From Nitrospirota bacterium (GTDB lineage Bacteria; Nitrospirota; UBA9217): a stretch of DNA of 42,515 nt. The notes under the pieces are model-generated. The model saw nothing but the letters and a program-made list of their open reading frames with translations, did no database searches and was not told the DNA's origin. The stretch is taken from contig CAVVOB010000017.1 in NCBI GenBank assembly GCA_963749655.1, forward strand, positions 1-42,515, read 5' to 3'. Every line of letters begins with the position of its first letter. Within the stretch, counting starts at the first letter, position 1. This document shows, piece after piece, positions 30,630-39,053 of the stretch. A program made the translations under genes and the position numbers.

Positions 30630-31322
30630 ATGTCTCTTGATCTTGCTGACTATAAAGTTAAAATCCGTTCCGCTGTCAAACTGTTTTGGGGCATCGGAAG
30701 AAAAGCCGGCGTCAGAAAATCGATTGTTACGATGGGTGGGTTCTTTGATCTCATCGTCGATATCGTCTGCACAAACGGCCTAACGACGACGAATGTTCTG
30801 CTGCAAGGTCAACCAATACACCTTCCCGGGCATTTTTCTTCAACCCAGCCATGGGATGTTGTGGTGGTGAACGAGGGGCGGTTGATCGCGGCAATCAAAT
30901 TTCACTCCATGCTCGGTGCGTCGCTCGACAATAATAATATCAGCAGCGGTTCAAGGGAAGTCCTCGGTCTGGCGATGGAACTTCAAGCTGCATTCAGGCA
31001 GGGGGTTTTTGGGGTAAGAAGAAAACCTTTTGTAGGTTATTTCATGCTTCTTGAAGATGCCCCGGCGTCCCGTAAGCCCGTAACAAATGTATCGCCAAAT
31101 TTCCCGTTGTTCCCGGAGTTCCGGAGCGCGTCGTATGCGGATCGCTACAACATTTTGTGCAAAAAGCTGATGGCGGAGAATTTGTACACAGCCGCATCGG
31201 TTATTCTCTCACCTCGTTCTGCTTCCAAGTCCGGTGCATATGCCGAGATGAGCGAGTTGACCGGGCTCAAATCATTTGTTACGACCCTTGCAGGTCATAT
31301 TGCTGCTGAAGCGGCGATGTGA
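30630..31322 (+). CDS. XhoI/PaeR7I-family restriction endonuclease homolog, apparently with a degenerate active site
   Basis: MSLDLADY...AVKLFW, LPGHF...WDVVV...GRLIAAI, PFVGYFMLLED, SYADRYNILCKKL..ENLY, LAGHIAAEAA. Confidence 0.82.
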   Translation: MSLDLADYKVKIRSAVKLFWGIGRKAGVRKSIVTMGGFFDLIVDIVCTNGLTTTNVLLQGQPIHLPGHFSSTQPWDVVVVNEGRLIAAIKFHSMLGASLDNNNISSGSREVLGLAMELQAAFRQGVFGVRRKPFVGYFMLLEDAPASRKPVTNVSPNFPLFPEFRSASYADRYNILCKKLMAENLYTAASVILSPRSASKSGAYAEMSELTGLKSFVTTLAGHIAAEAAM

Positions 31323-31569
31323 TGAACACCTTTCGGATTTGAACAATTTGAAGCAGACACCCTTCCGAACATTCCCCGCCGTTCCTTATTCTTCAAAGGC
31401 AGGAGCAAAACAGCGCCCTCAATCTCATTTACGAATCGTGAAGGTCCCGTAAAAAGTCGGATTTTATGTTTTTTTACGTCATTTCGGTTTGTCCGGAATC
31501 CCTCTTTTCCAATGCGATATGCGACAACACGACTCCCGGCAAGCAGGAGTGACGACTTTACGAAATTCA

Positions 31570-32484
31570 TCAATCGTAAAGTGATTTTTCTCCGTTCGGG
31601 CGGGTCTTGAACCTCCGGTAGGTCCACAGATACTGCTCGGGCATGTCTTGCACCCACCCTTCGATCTCGCGGTTCATCCGGGCGGCATCCGCCGCGGCAT
31701 CAGCGGTGGGGAAGTTTTCAAGCGGGGGCAACAGGCACACTTCGAAGCCTTTGCCCCCGGGCAGGATGCGGGTGATGCAGGGAACCACGGCGGCATTCGT
31801 CGTTTCCGCGATCCGGCTGAGGGCCGTGATTGTCGCGGCGGGGATGCCGAAGAAGGGGACGAAGACGCTGGCCCGTTCGCCCATGTCCTGATCGGGGAGA
31901 TAATAAAAGGGCCGGCCTTCACGGATGTGGCGGATGATCGGCTTGAGGCTTGCCGAGCGCTCCACCATGACGGCGCCGAACCGCTCCCGCCGGTGGAAAA
32001 GGTATTCGAGCAGGGGGTCGCGCGACTTGCGGTACATGGTGATGTACTTTCTTTCCGCCGAGAGTCTGACCCCTCCCATATCGAGGCCGATGAAGTGCGG
32101 GGCAAGGAGAATGACGTTCTTGCCGCCGGCATAGACATCTGTAAGGCGATGATAGTCGCGGATGGCGATGAACCGTTTGAGCCTCCACGCCGGTGCGAAC
32201 CAAGTCACGCTCAGACTGAGTATGGCGAAGCCGCTCAACCGGAAATGCCTCTTCACGAGTTGCGCGCGTTCTTGCGGGCTCATGCCGGGGAAGCAGAGCT
32301 CTATGTTTCTTATGGCGAATCGGCGGTTGGAAGTCGGAAGCCAGGACATTATGGTTCCCAGCGCCGTTCCCATGATCCAGAGGACACGGCCCGGCATCCA
32401 GCTCATGATGAGCATCAGCGCCAGCGCCGGCCAGGCGTACCAGTACCGCGAGTGAAGGAACGTTTTGAGGGAAACGGTGGGCAT
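31570..32484 (-). CDS. lpxL: Lipid A late acyltransferase (LpxL/HtrB family)
   Basis: ILLAPHFIGLD, YLPDQD...SVFVPFFG, PEQYLWTYRRFKTRP. Confidence 0.9.
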   Translation of the reverse strand: MPTVSLKTFLHSRYWYAWPALALMLIMSWMPGRVLWIMGTALGTIMSWLPTSNRRFAIRNIELCFPGMSPQERAQLVKRHFRLSGFAILSLSVTWFAPAWRLKRFIAIRDYHRLTDVYAGGKNVILLAPHFIGLDMGGVRLSAERKYITMYRKSRDPLLEYLFHRRERFGAVMVERSASLKPIIRHIREGRPFYYLPDQDMGERASVFVPFFGIPAATITALSRIAETTNAAVVPCITRILPGGKGFEVCLLPPLENFPTADAAADAARMNREIEGWVQDMPEQYLWTYRRFKTRPNGEKSLYD

Positions 32485-32496
32485 GCTGACAAAACT

Positions 32497-32622
32497 CCAA
32501 ATTACAAATGCAAAATAGCAAACAATATCGAAGCTCCAAATACGGGAAGATAGGACCGATTGACATTCCGTACTTGTGATTTGGGATTTATCAGAGATTT
32601 GGCTGTTGTTATTTGGTGCTTG
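32497..32622. repeat. Degenerate heptamer inverted-repeat element (CCAAATT.. / ..ATTTGG)
   Basis: ccaaattacaaatgcaaaatagcaaac ... gatttgggattt...gatttggctgttgttatttggtgctt. Confidence 0.55.
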
Positions 32623-32637
32623 CTTTTATGGCTGCAC

Positions 32638-32672
32638 AAAAAAGCCTGAGAATCTTCCGATCCTCAGGCTTG
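32638..32672 (-). terminator. Rho-independent terminator after the fmdB-like gene
   Basis: Minus strand agcctgaggatc-ggaa-gattctcaggct followed by a T-run. Confidence 0.8.
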
Positions 32673-32711
32673 TACTGGTAGGACCCGCTCACGGCGGGTC
32701 GATCAGACGCC

Positions 32712-32909
32712 TCAGCCGCCTCCCCAGGAATGGCCGCCGCCGGTGCTGCACACCGAACCGCTGCCGCCTGAAGAAAAGCTGGACACGAGCTTCTTTGCCT
32801 TCATCTGACTGCAGTAAGGGCAGGTCGTTTCTTCCGCCTTGGCGCCCATGGACTGAAGAAGCACGAAGTCCTTACCGCAGGCTTCGCATACATATTCATA
32901 GAATGGCAT
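32712..32909 (-). CDS. FmdB-family zinc-ribbon protein
   Basis: MPFYEYVCEACG...CPYC...KKLVS and a Gly/Ser tail. Confidence 0.92.
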   Translation of the reverse strand: MPFYEYVCEACGKDFVLLQSMGAKAEETTCPYCSQMKAKKLVSSFSSGGSGSVCSTGGGHSWGGG

Positions 32910-33010
32910 AAAACAACTCCTTTGGAGAAATTCCCGATAAAAAATTAAATTTAAAACTTCAATGGTCTACGGCTTATACCTTCGTGTTCCCGGCAGTGCA
33001 GCTTGTTTAT

Positions 33011-33235
33011 TCAGCACTTACAGCGCTCTCTCGCGCCGAGACTGAATAACATAATACTCACGGGGCAAAAACCTGTCAAGGCAAAAATCGTCAGCATGAC
33101 GCCCACAAAGCCTGTAAAAACGAACCAGCGCGGATGCACGAAGTACCCCAGGAGTACACTGACCGTCACTAAGATGCCTGCTGTCAGCCGAATGAGCCTT
33201 TCGAGATACCATGTTTTCGTATCTGCTACATACAT
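33011..33235 (-). CDS. DUF2892 (YgaP-like) small membrane protein
   Basis: ERLIRLTAG...FVG...ALTGFCP motif. Confidence 0.9.
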   Translation of the reverse strand: MYVADTKTWYLERLIRLTAGILVTVSVLLGYFVHPRWFVFTGFVGVMLTIFALTGFCPVSIMLFSLGARERCKC

Positions 33236-33361
33236 ATATTTCTCCTTTACGGCCGCTTAATTCCGTTAAATGTGAAAGGTGAGAAGTGAGGTCCGTCACA
33301 GTCGTTTCACCTCTCACGTTATTAAAAACTTCTTCGGAGTCAATCGTTCAAGCCGCTTTCC

Positions 33362-33790
33362 TTACGCGCAGGCGAAGGCTTCCGTCCGTTCCCCGGCAGC
33401 GAATGTCGTGTAATCAGGCGCTACCGTGGCGTCCATGATGGCATTTCTGCTCACGACGCCGACATACTTGCCGTTGTGAACGACGGCTACCACCGGGGGG
33501 TTGTTGCTGAGCATCATCTGGATCAGATCTCGGCAGGTTGCATCCGCATCCACGGTCACCGGGTCTTTCATCATGATCCCTGCGGCAGTTACGGTGTCGA
33601 GGTCCATGCCTTCCTTTACTGCCGTGAGGATGTTGCACTCGGTCAGAACGCCGACCACGTTCATCGTTTCATCCACAACGGGCAGACCGGGCAGGCCATT
33701 GGAAATCAACAGGTGCGCCGCCTCCCTGACCGTAGTGTTCATTCCCGCCTTGATCTTTTTACGCATGATCTGTCTTGCACGAATAGCCAT
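33362..33790 (-). CDS. CBS-domain pair protein
   Basis: TVREAA..L.....GLPVVDE...VVGVLTE and IM..DPVTV...VGVVSR. Confidence 0.92.
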   Translation of the reverse strand: MAIRARQIMRKKIKAGMNTTVREAAHLLISNGLPGLPVVDETMNVVGVLTECNILTAVKEGMDLDTVTAAGIMMKDPVTVDADATCRDLIQMMLSNNPPVVAVVHNGKYVGVVSRNAIMDATVAPDYTTFAAGERTEAFACA

Positions 33791-33810
33791 GTTCTTCCTC
33801 CTTTGGAATA

Positions 33811-33886
33811 AAGGGTCATGGGTCCGGGGGCCGGGGTCCAGGGAAAATCCTTACCCTTGACCCTTGCTACTGGACCCTGCACCCTG
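33811..33886. repeat. Heptamer inverted-repeat element (GGGTCCA.. / ..GACCCT)
   Basis: aagggtcatgggtccgggggccggggtccaggg ... cccttgacccttgctactggaccctgcaccctg. Confidence 0.6.
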
Positions 33887-33888
33887 TT

Positions 33889-34630
33889 TTAAAGTCTTTC
33901 CCACTGCTCCGTATCAGGATTGAAGGCCTCGCTGAAGGCCGTGACCTCCTGCCGGAGCCCGGTCTCGTAGCCTTCGTTCAGGCCGATGTTCACGAGCATC
34001 TTGATCGCGCGAAGAGAGCTCAGGCTGTTGCCTGCGATCAGTACGGCAAGCCGCTGCGCCTCTTCGTCGAGGGCGTCTGCGGGGACCACCCTGTTCACCA
34101 GCCCGATCCGGAGCGCCTCCTCCGCGTCCACGGTCCTGCCCGTAAAGAGCAGCTCCTTGGCCCTTCCTACTCCCACGGTCTTGTACAAACGCTGGGACGA
34201 GCCGAAGATGGGCGGCACGCCGAGTCTGGCTTCGGGAAAGGAAAAGACCGAGTCGCTTGATGCTATCCTGATGTCCGCTGCCAGGGCAAGGCCCAGGCCC
34301 GCTCCTGTGGTTTCACCCTTGACCGCGGCGATCACCGGGATCGGCAGGGCCTCGATGTTCCTGAGCAGGTGATAACCCACGTCAGCGAAGTGTCCCGCTT
34401 CTTCCTTGGACATCCCGGCAAAGCGGGTGTAATCGATGCCTGCGGAGAAGTTTCTTCCCTTAGCTGTGAAGAGGGCCACGCGGAGCTCAGCCTGCTGGCT
34501 ATGCACTTCGCTCACGGTCCTGTTGAGCTTTGCCAGAACCTTCCTTGTCCAGAAAATTGTCCGGCTGGTTGTCGATCGTCACTGTGCTGATCCAATCCTT
34601 GCAGGTGACGGAGATGGATGGGGATGACAT
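33889..34630 (-). CDS. Enoyl-CoA hydratase/isomerase family protein (1-nt frameshift near 34540)
   Basis: FSAGID, PVIAAVKG, ADIRIAS...FPEARLG, AEEALRIGLVN. The N-terminus MSSPSISVTCKDWISTVTIDNQPDNFLDKE starts at ATG 34630 in another frame. Confidence 0.88.
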
Positions 34631-34648
34631 ACTAAACACCTCGGTTCA

Positions 34649-34872
34649 GCCACGAATTTCACGAATTATCACGAATTAGATATAAGCCCTAATTTCTATA
34701 CTGTAATTCGTGTCTATTCGTGTTAATTCGCGGCAAATAAACGACTAAGCAGTTCTCCGTGCTTTTTCCGGAAAACACTAGACTACCGACATGAGCCATG
34801 AATTTCACGAATGAAAGAAGAGCAGACTTTTTGTTATTTAAAAATTCGTGTCAATTCGTGTTAATTCGTGGC
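34649..34872. repeat. Two REP-like (CACGAATT)n/(AATTCGTG)n inverted pairs
   Basis: gccacgaatttcacgaattatcacgaatt...aattcgtgtctattcgtgttaattcgcggc and gccatgaatttcacgaatg...aattcgtgtcaattcgtgttaattcgtggc. Confidence 0.88.
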
Positions 34873-34882
34873 AAAAAATGTT

Positions 34883-36644
34883 TTATGCTGCTTCCCAGTG
34901 TTTCTTCTCTACGATGTAATAGAACACCGGGATCACGATCAGCGTCAAGGCCGTGGACGCGAGCATGCCGAAGATGAGCGCCAGGGCAAGCCCCGACCAG
35001 ACCGGGTCGCGCACGATCACGGCAGAGCCCAGGATCGCGGCTGCCGCAGTGAGTACGATGGGCCGTGTCCTGATGGCCCCTGCCTCGATCAGCGCCTGCT
35101 CCAGCGGCATGCCTTCCTGCTTCTTGTCCAGGATGAACTCCAGCAGCACGATCGAGTTCCTGACCACGATCCCCGCCAGGGCGATCACGCCGATCATCGA
35201 GGTTGCGCTGAAGTATACGCCGGTCATGGCGAAGCCGGGCATGATGCCGATCATCGAGAGCGGGATCGCCGCCATGATCACCACCGGGATCGTAAAGGAC
35301 CTGAACCTGCCGACGAGCAGCAGGTAGATGGCGATCAGGGCCACGCCCATGGCCGCTCCGAGGTCGCGGAAGACATCGAGGGTCAGCTTCATCTCGCCGT
35401 CCCACTTGACCGAATACCCTTCCGGAAGCGGGTGCTTCCAGAGATACTGCATCATATTGAGCACGGCATAGACCTGGCTCCGGTTCCCCATCTCGCCGTA
35501 GACGTACGTCACGGGCTCGAGGTTCTTGTGGTAAACGGCCTTGTCCATTTCCGACGGGACGACCTTCACCAGAGACGAAAGCGGAACCTGGCTGCCCTGG
35601 GGGCTGCTGAGGTATACCTTGCCCATGTCCGAAAGACCGGACCGGTCCCCCTTGGGGAGCCGCAGCATGATTGCAATCGGATTCTTGGCCGAAGGGACGT
35701 GGAGCGTTGAAACCGCCATGCCCGCGACCGACAGTCTCAGGGTCTGGACGATCTGCTCCGTCGAGACGCCCATGAGCGCCGCCTTTTCCTTGTCCACGTG
35801 GAGCTGGTACTTGTCCTGCTTCTCCTTGACCGAGTCGTCGATGTCCACGACCTGGTCGGTTTTCGCAAAGAGCGCCCTGATGTCTCCGGCGATCTCGCGC
35901 TGTTTGTTGTAATCAGGTCCGTAGATCTCCGCCACCACGGTCGCGCGGACCGGAGGCCCGGGCGGGTCCTCCACGAGCTTGATGTTGGCGCCGTATTCGC
36001 GGCCCAGTTTTTCAATACCCGGCCTGATCGCGAGCACCAGCTTTTCGCTCGTGATCTTGCGTTCTTCCTTGTCGATCAGGTTCACGCGGATGTCGGCAAA
36101 GTGGCTGGCCTCGCGGAATGCGCCGCCGCGAAGAAGGCCGTTGAAGTCCATGACCGAGCCGGTGCCCACGAAGGTTTCGTAGTCTTTCACTTCCGGAATG
36201 TGACGGAGGTAATCCCCGACTGCCCTGGCAACGCGGTCCGTATTCTCGATCACCGTGCCGGCGGGCATGTCGATGGAAACGAGAAAGGTGTTCTTGTTCG
36301 CCTTGGGCAGCATCCTGAACTTCACGAGCTGAAAGAGCGGAAAGCTCATGGTCACGAGAAACACTGCCGCGATGGCCGCGAGCACGATCCTGCGCCGCGT
36401 CGTATCGGCAAGGAGCGGTCCCAGGATGCTTTTGTAGATGCGGTAGAGTCGTTTCCTCGAGCGACGGCGGATTGCCGTCGTGGTGGTGCGCTTTCATCAA
36501 ACGGTAGCTCGCCCAGGGCGTTACCACGAAGGCGACGAGGAGCGACGTGATCATCGCCACGGGCACGTTGAAGGGGATCGGCATCATGTAGGGCCCCATC
36601 ATACCGGTCACGAAGGCCATGGGAATGAAAGCCAGCACGACGGT
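34883..36644 (-). pseudogene. RND (AcrB/CzcA family) efflux permease, 5'-truncated at about 36644 and frameshifted near 36390-36460
   Basis: [48 protein letters not shown]. Only the C-terminal ~585 codons are present. Confidence 0.88.
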
Positions 36645-36659
36645 ATCAAGGTGGAGTAA

Positions 36660-36860
36660 ATGAGTTACTTAAACGTTGTGCCACCGCCGCTACTCGAGCT
36701 CACAGCCCGCCCCCAATTCATCGACTGGCTCAAATCCGTTCCCGTGCCCTTCCACGACAAGCTCCGCTGTTACTTCGCATGGCTCGACTACAACGACGCA
36801 GCCTACACCGATCCCGACTTGATCGACCTACGGAAATCAGCAGTGCCGCCACATGACTGA
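36660..36860 (+). CDS. Small hypothetical viral protein
   Basis: GGAG RBS and TAAATG junction; overlaps the next gene. Confidence 0.65.
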   Translation: MSYLNVVPPPLLELTARPQFIDWLKSVPVPFHDKLRCYFAWLDYNDAAYTDPDLIDLRKSAVPPHD

Positions 36861-37281
36861 TCTCCGAGCATCATACCCACACCTCACAGCCGTCGACGCC
36901 GCCCTCTGGAACGACTACCTCATACTAAACCCAGACCTCGACGGCCCCTTCATGTACGACGTGCCTGTGGGAGATCCTCGAGATCCGGGTCCCGAATTCG
37001 CAGACAACATCCGGCAAATGGCCAAACAGCTATCGCTGCGCCGTCTCGACGTGGTTGCCGACAACGGCTCAGATATCGCAATTTACGAGATCACTCAGAG
37101 CTGCGGTCTACGCGCTATCGGCCAGGCCATGGTCTACCCAGCACTCCTCACAACCACCTGGAAGACCCAAGTCCCTATCTCCGTTACGATTATCTGTCGA
37201 GAGATCCAATCCAACATCCAAACCACCCTAGATTCACAGCACATACAGGCCATCGTTGTACCTGTGCTGCAGCTTCCATAG
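36853..37281 (+). CDS. PD-(D/E)XK-like nuclease/resolvase-like viral protein
   Basis: YDVPVG...RRLDVVA...IYEIT...RAIGQAMVY pattern (D-x10-E, GQ-x3-Y). Thr replaces the usual Lys. Confidence 0.6.
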   Translation: MTDLRASYPHLTAVDAALWNDYLILNPDLDGPFMYDVPVGDPRDPGPEFADNIRQMAKQLSLRRLDVVADNGSDIAIYEITQSCGLRAIGQAMVYPALLTTTWKTQVPISVTIICREIQSNIQTTLDSQHIQAIVVPVLQLP

Positions 37282-37397
37282 CATGCCCGCCACAGCTTCA
37301 AATCGTCTCAGACAGCATCTTTCCCCACCCCTTCCCACAATATCGATTTCTCCAGAAACTACTGCACACTTGTGCAATCCCATTGACTACAAACAAG

Positions 37398-37560
37398 TTA
37401 TCCACACCCAAAACCGAGTTATCCACAAGTTATCCACAAGTTGTCAACACCTTAACGTAATACAAATCAACGCCTTCGGCTTCCGAAGGCCACATTTCCA
37501 CACCCATTATTACTACTACTCTCTATATTCTCTATTGTTATATTCTGTATTGTGTAATGT
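37398..37560 (+). other. oriC-like DnaA-dependent replication origin
   Basis: TTATCCACA at 37398, 37419 and 37430; TTGTCAACA at 37441; hairpin 37472-37490; ATTTCCACA at 37494; CCC; ATT-ATT-ACT-ACT-ACT trios at 37506-37520; AT-rich tract; a further TTATCAACA at 37604. Confidence 0.85.
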
Positions 37561-37724
37561 CATAGCGCAGCATGACATTTCACAATACTGACCCACCGAA
37601 CTTTTATCAACATTTTCCCAAATATGTCTTGACAGACCCATTGTGACTTTACACCTTACTTGTATAGTATCACCCCGGGAACCTTCCCGGACAACCAAAA
37701 CGCCGTCACTAAGGAGAACCCCTC

Positions 37725-37967
37725 ATGCTCTCAGACCTCGATTACATCAGGGAGAGTCTGCTCGACACGCAGCTCGCACTAGCGCAGCTACACCTCTCAC
37801 CTGCAGCAGTGTTCTTCGTCCCCTTCGACATCATCCAGCCAGTGTCCCCCATCGTCACCATATCGAGCCTCAACCGCTCTGCAGCACCGCCCAACACCAT
37901 CATCTGGCCCAACATCAGCCAACAGGCACTAGCCACCGCCATCCACATCATCGCAGGGAGCTACTAA
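37725..37967 (+). CDS. Hypothetical viral protein
   Basis: AAGGAG RBS; TAATG coupling to the next ORF. Confidence 0.7.
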   Translation: MLSDLDYIRESLLDTQLALAQLHLSPAAVFFVPFDIIQPVSPIVTISSLNRSAAPPNTIIWPNISQQALATAIHIIAGSY

Positions 37968-38293
37968 TGGCCTACCGTACCAACGATATCCGAACAGCTC
38001 TCAACAGGGCTGCCCTCTTCATGTCAGTCGGTGAGAATCAGCGCTGCTTGATCTACCACAACGTCACGACCAGACAGTACATCGTCGCCGACTACGCCAT
38101 AATGCGCACCTTTCTAGTCAAGCTCAAAGATCTAGGCTTTACTCTCTGCATGGATCTAATGCCCGACGAAGCCGCCAAACTAACGGGCCCACTCCAACTA
38201 TCACTTTTAGAGGTCGATGTCTATGCCATCAGTACGGAAGATCTACAAGCAGGGGAACACCCCGATTCTGAGCCTTCCTCCTCACCTCATTAA
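37967..38293 (+). CDS. Hypothetical viral protein (MAYRTNDIRTAL...)
   Basis: GGGAG RBS; start overlaps the previous stop; corresponds to the 3' half of track ORF 37643..38293. Confidence 0.7.
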   Translation: MAYRTNDIRTALNRAALFMSVGENQRCLIYHNVTTRQYIVADYAIMRTFLVKLKDLGFTLCMDLMPDEAAKLTGPLQLSLLEVDVYAISTEDLQAGEHPDSEPSSSPH

Positions 38294-38645
38294 AGCAGTC
38301 GGCGCTGTGCTCGGGACCACAATCCTGGAGTACCCAATCGCTCCCGACGCCTTGCTCGTGGAGGTCCACCAATCATCAGTCCAGGACGTCCAGGCGATCC
38401 CCCGAGTCCACACCATGAGAGCATCAGCGGTCCGGACCATCTATCGCCAGGGTAACAGCTTCGTCTGCTCATTTCCCCACTTCCTGCTCGAAATGATCGG
38501 CCTCAACATCGGCGACTACCTCCAGCTGCAGCGACTGACAGAGTCCAGCTTCACAGCAACCGCATTGACGGCCGCACAGCTACTACATAAACAGGCGCTC
38601 CGGCAAGTCTCATACCACCGCGATGATCGTGCCAACGCTGAGTGA
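38223..38645 (+). CDS. Tandem AbrB/MazE (swapped-hairpin) DNA-binding protein
   Basis: Two repeats: VRKIYKQGNTPILSLPPHLIKAVGAVLGT and VRTIYRQGNSFVCSFPHFLLEMIGLNIGD. Confidence 0.85.
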   Translation: MPSVRKIYKQGNTPILSLPPHLIKAVGAVLGTTILEYPIAPDALLVEVHQSSVQDVQAIPRVHTMRASAVRTIYRQGNSFVCSFPHFLLEMIGLNIGDYLQLQRLTESSFTATALTAAQLLHKQALRQVSYHRDDRANAE

Positions 38646-38675
38646 TCATGAGGAATCACCAGTCTCTATAAGGTG

Positions 38676-38711
38676 CATCTTCCCAAAATTTATAAGGATT
38701 TTGGGAAGATG
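38676..38711. repeat. Perfect 14-bp inverted repeat with 8-bp spacer
   Basis: CATCTTCCCAAAAT-TTATAAGG-ATTTTGGGAAGATG. Confidence 0.9.
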
Positions 38712-39024
38712 ATCTATTCAGCACATTCACGATCGTAACGTAGACACCGACACCAACTCCACATTCACCAGCTGCGAAACATGTCCGTCATGTCAAAAAT
38801 CTTTCCTGAGTTTTCAAGCCACACCTTCAAATACAATCACCGACGCCAGAAGCCGACGTCGTCTGAACTTCCACATAACTTCACCGGCAACGCCACAGAC
38901 CACTGACTGCACCACCGACAACCGCCGACCACAACAGAGAACGGCCTGGGAGACAATAACCCAAGCCGTCCAAGAAAACGCTCGCCCTCATAACCCGATC
39001 AAAAGGAGATCGACTGGCGAAACT

Positions 39025-39053
39025 AAGATAGACAATGTCGCCGCAGATGTCAA
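39025..39053 (-). promoter_or_regulatory. Putative leftward sigma70 promoter TTGACA-N17-TATCTT
   Basis: Minus strand ttgaca tctgcggcgacattgtc tatctt; no long ORF downstream. Confidence 0.55.

Noticed and set aside
37398-37560. The host chromosome's own oriC
   Set aside because: No dnaA, dnaN, rpmH, gidA or parAB nearby, and both flanks share the virus-like composition. Not fully excluded without read data.
37643-37966. N-terminal half of the 216-aa track ORF
   Set aside because: His/Pro-rich product caused by C/A bias. It overlaps the RBS-supported 37725..37967 gene, and the better start is ATG 37967.
38745-38919. CACCGAC repeats as iterons
   Set aside because: Only 7 bp, irregularly spaced, and expected in C/A-rich sequence.
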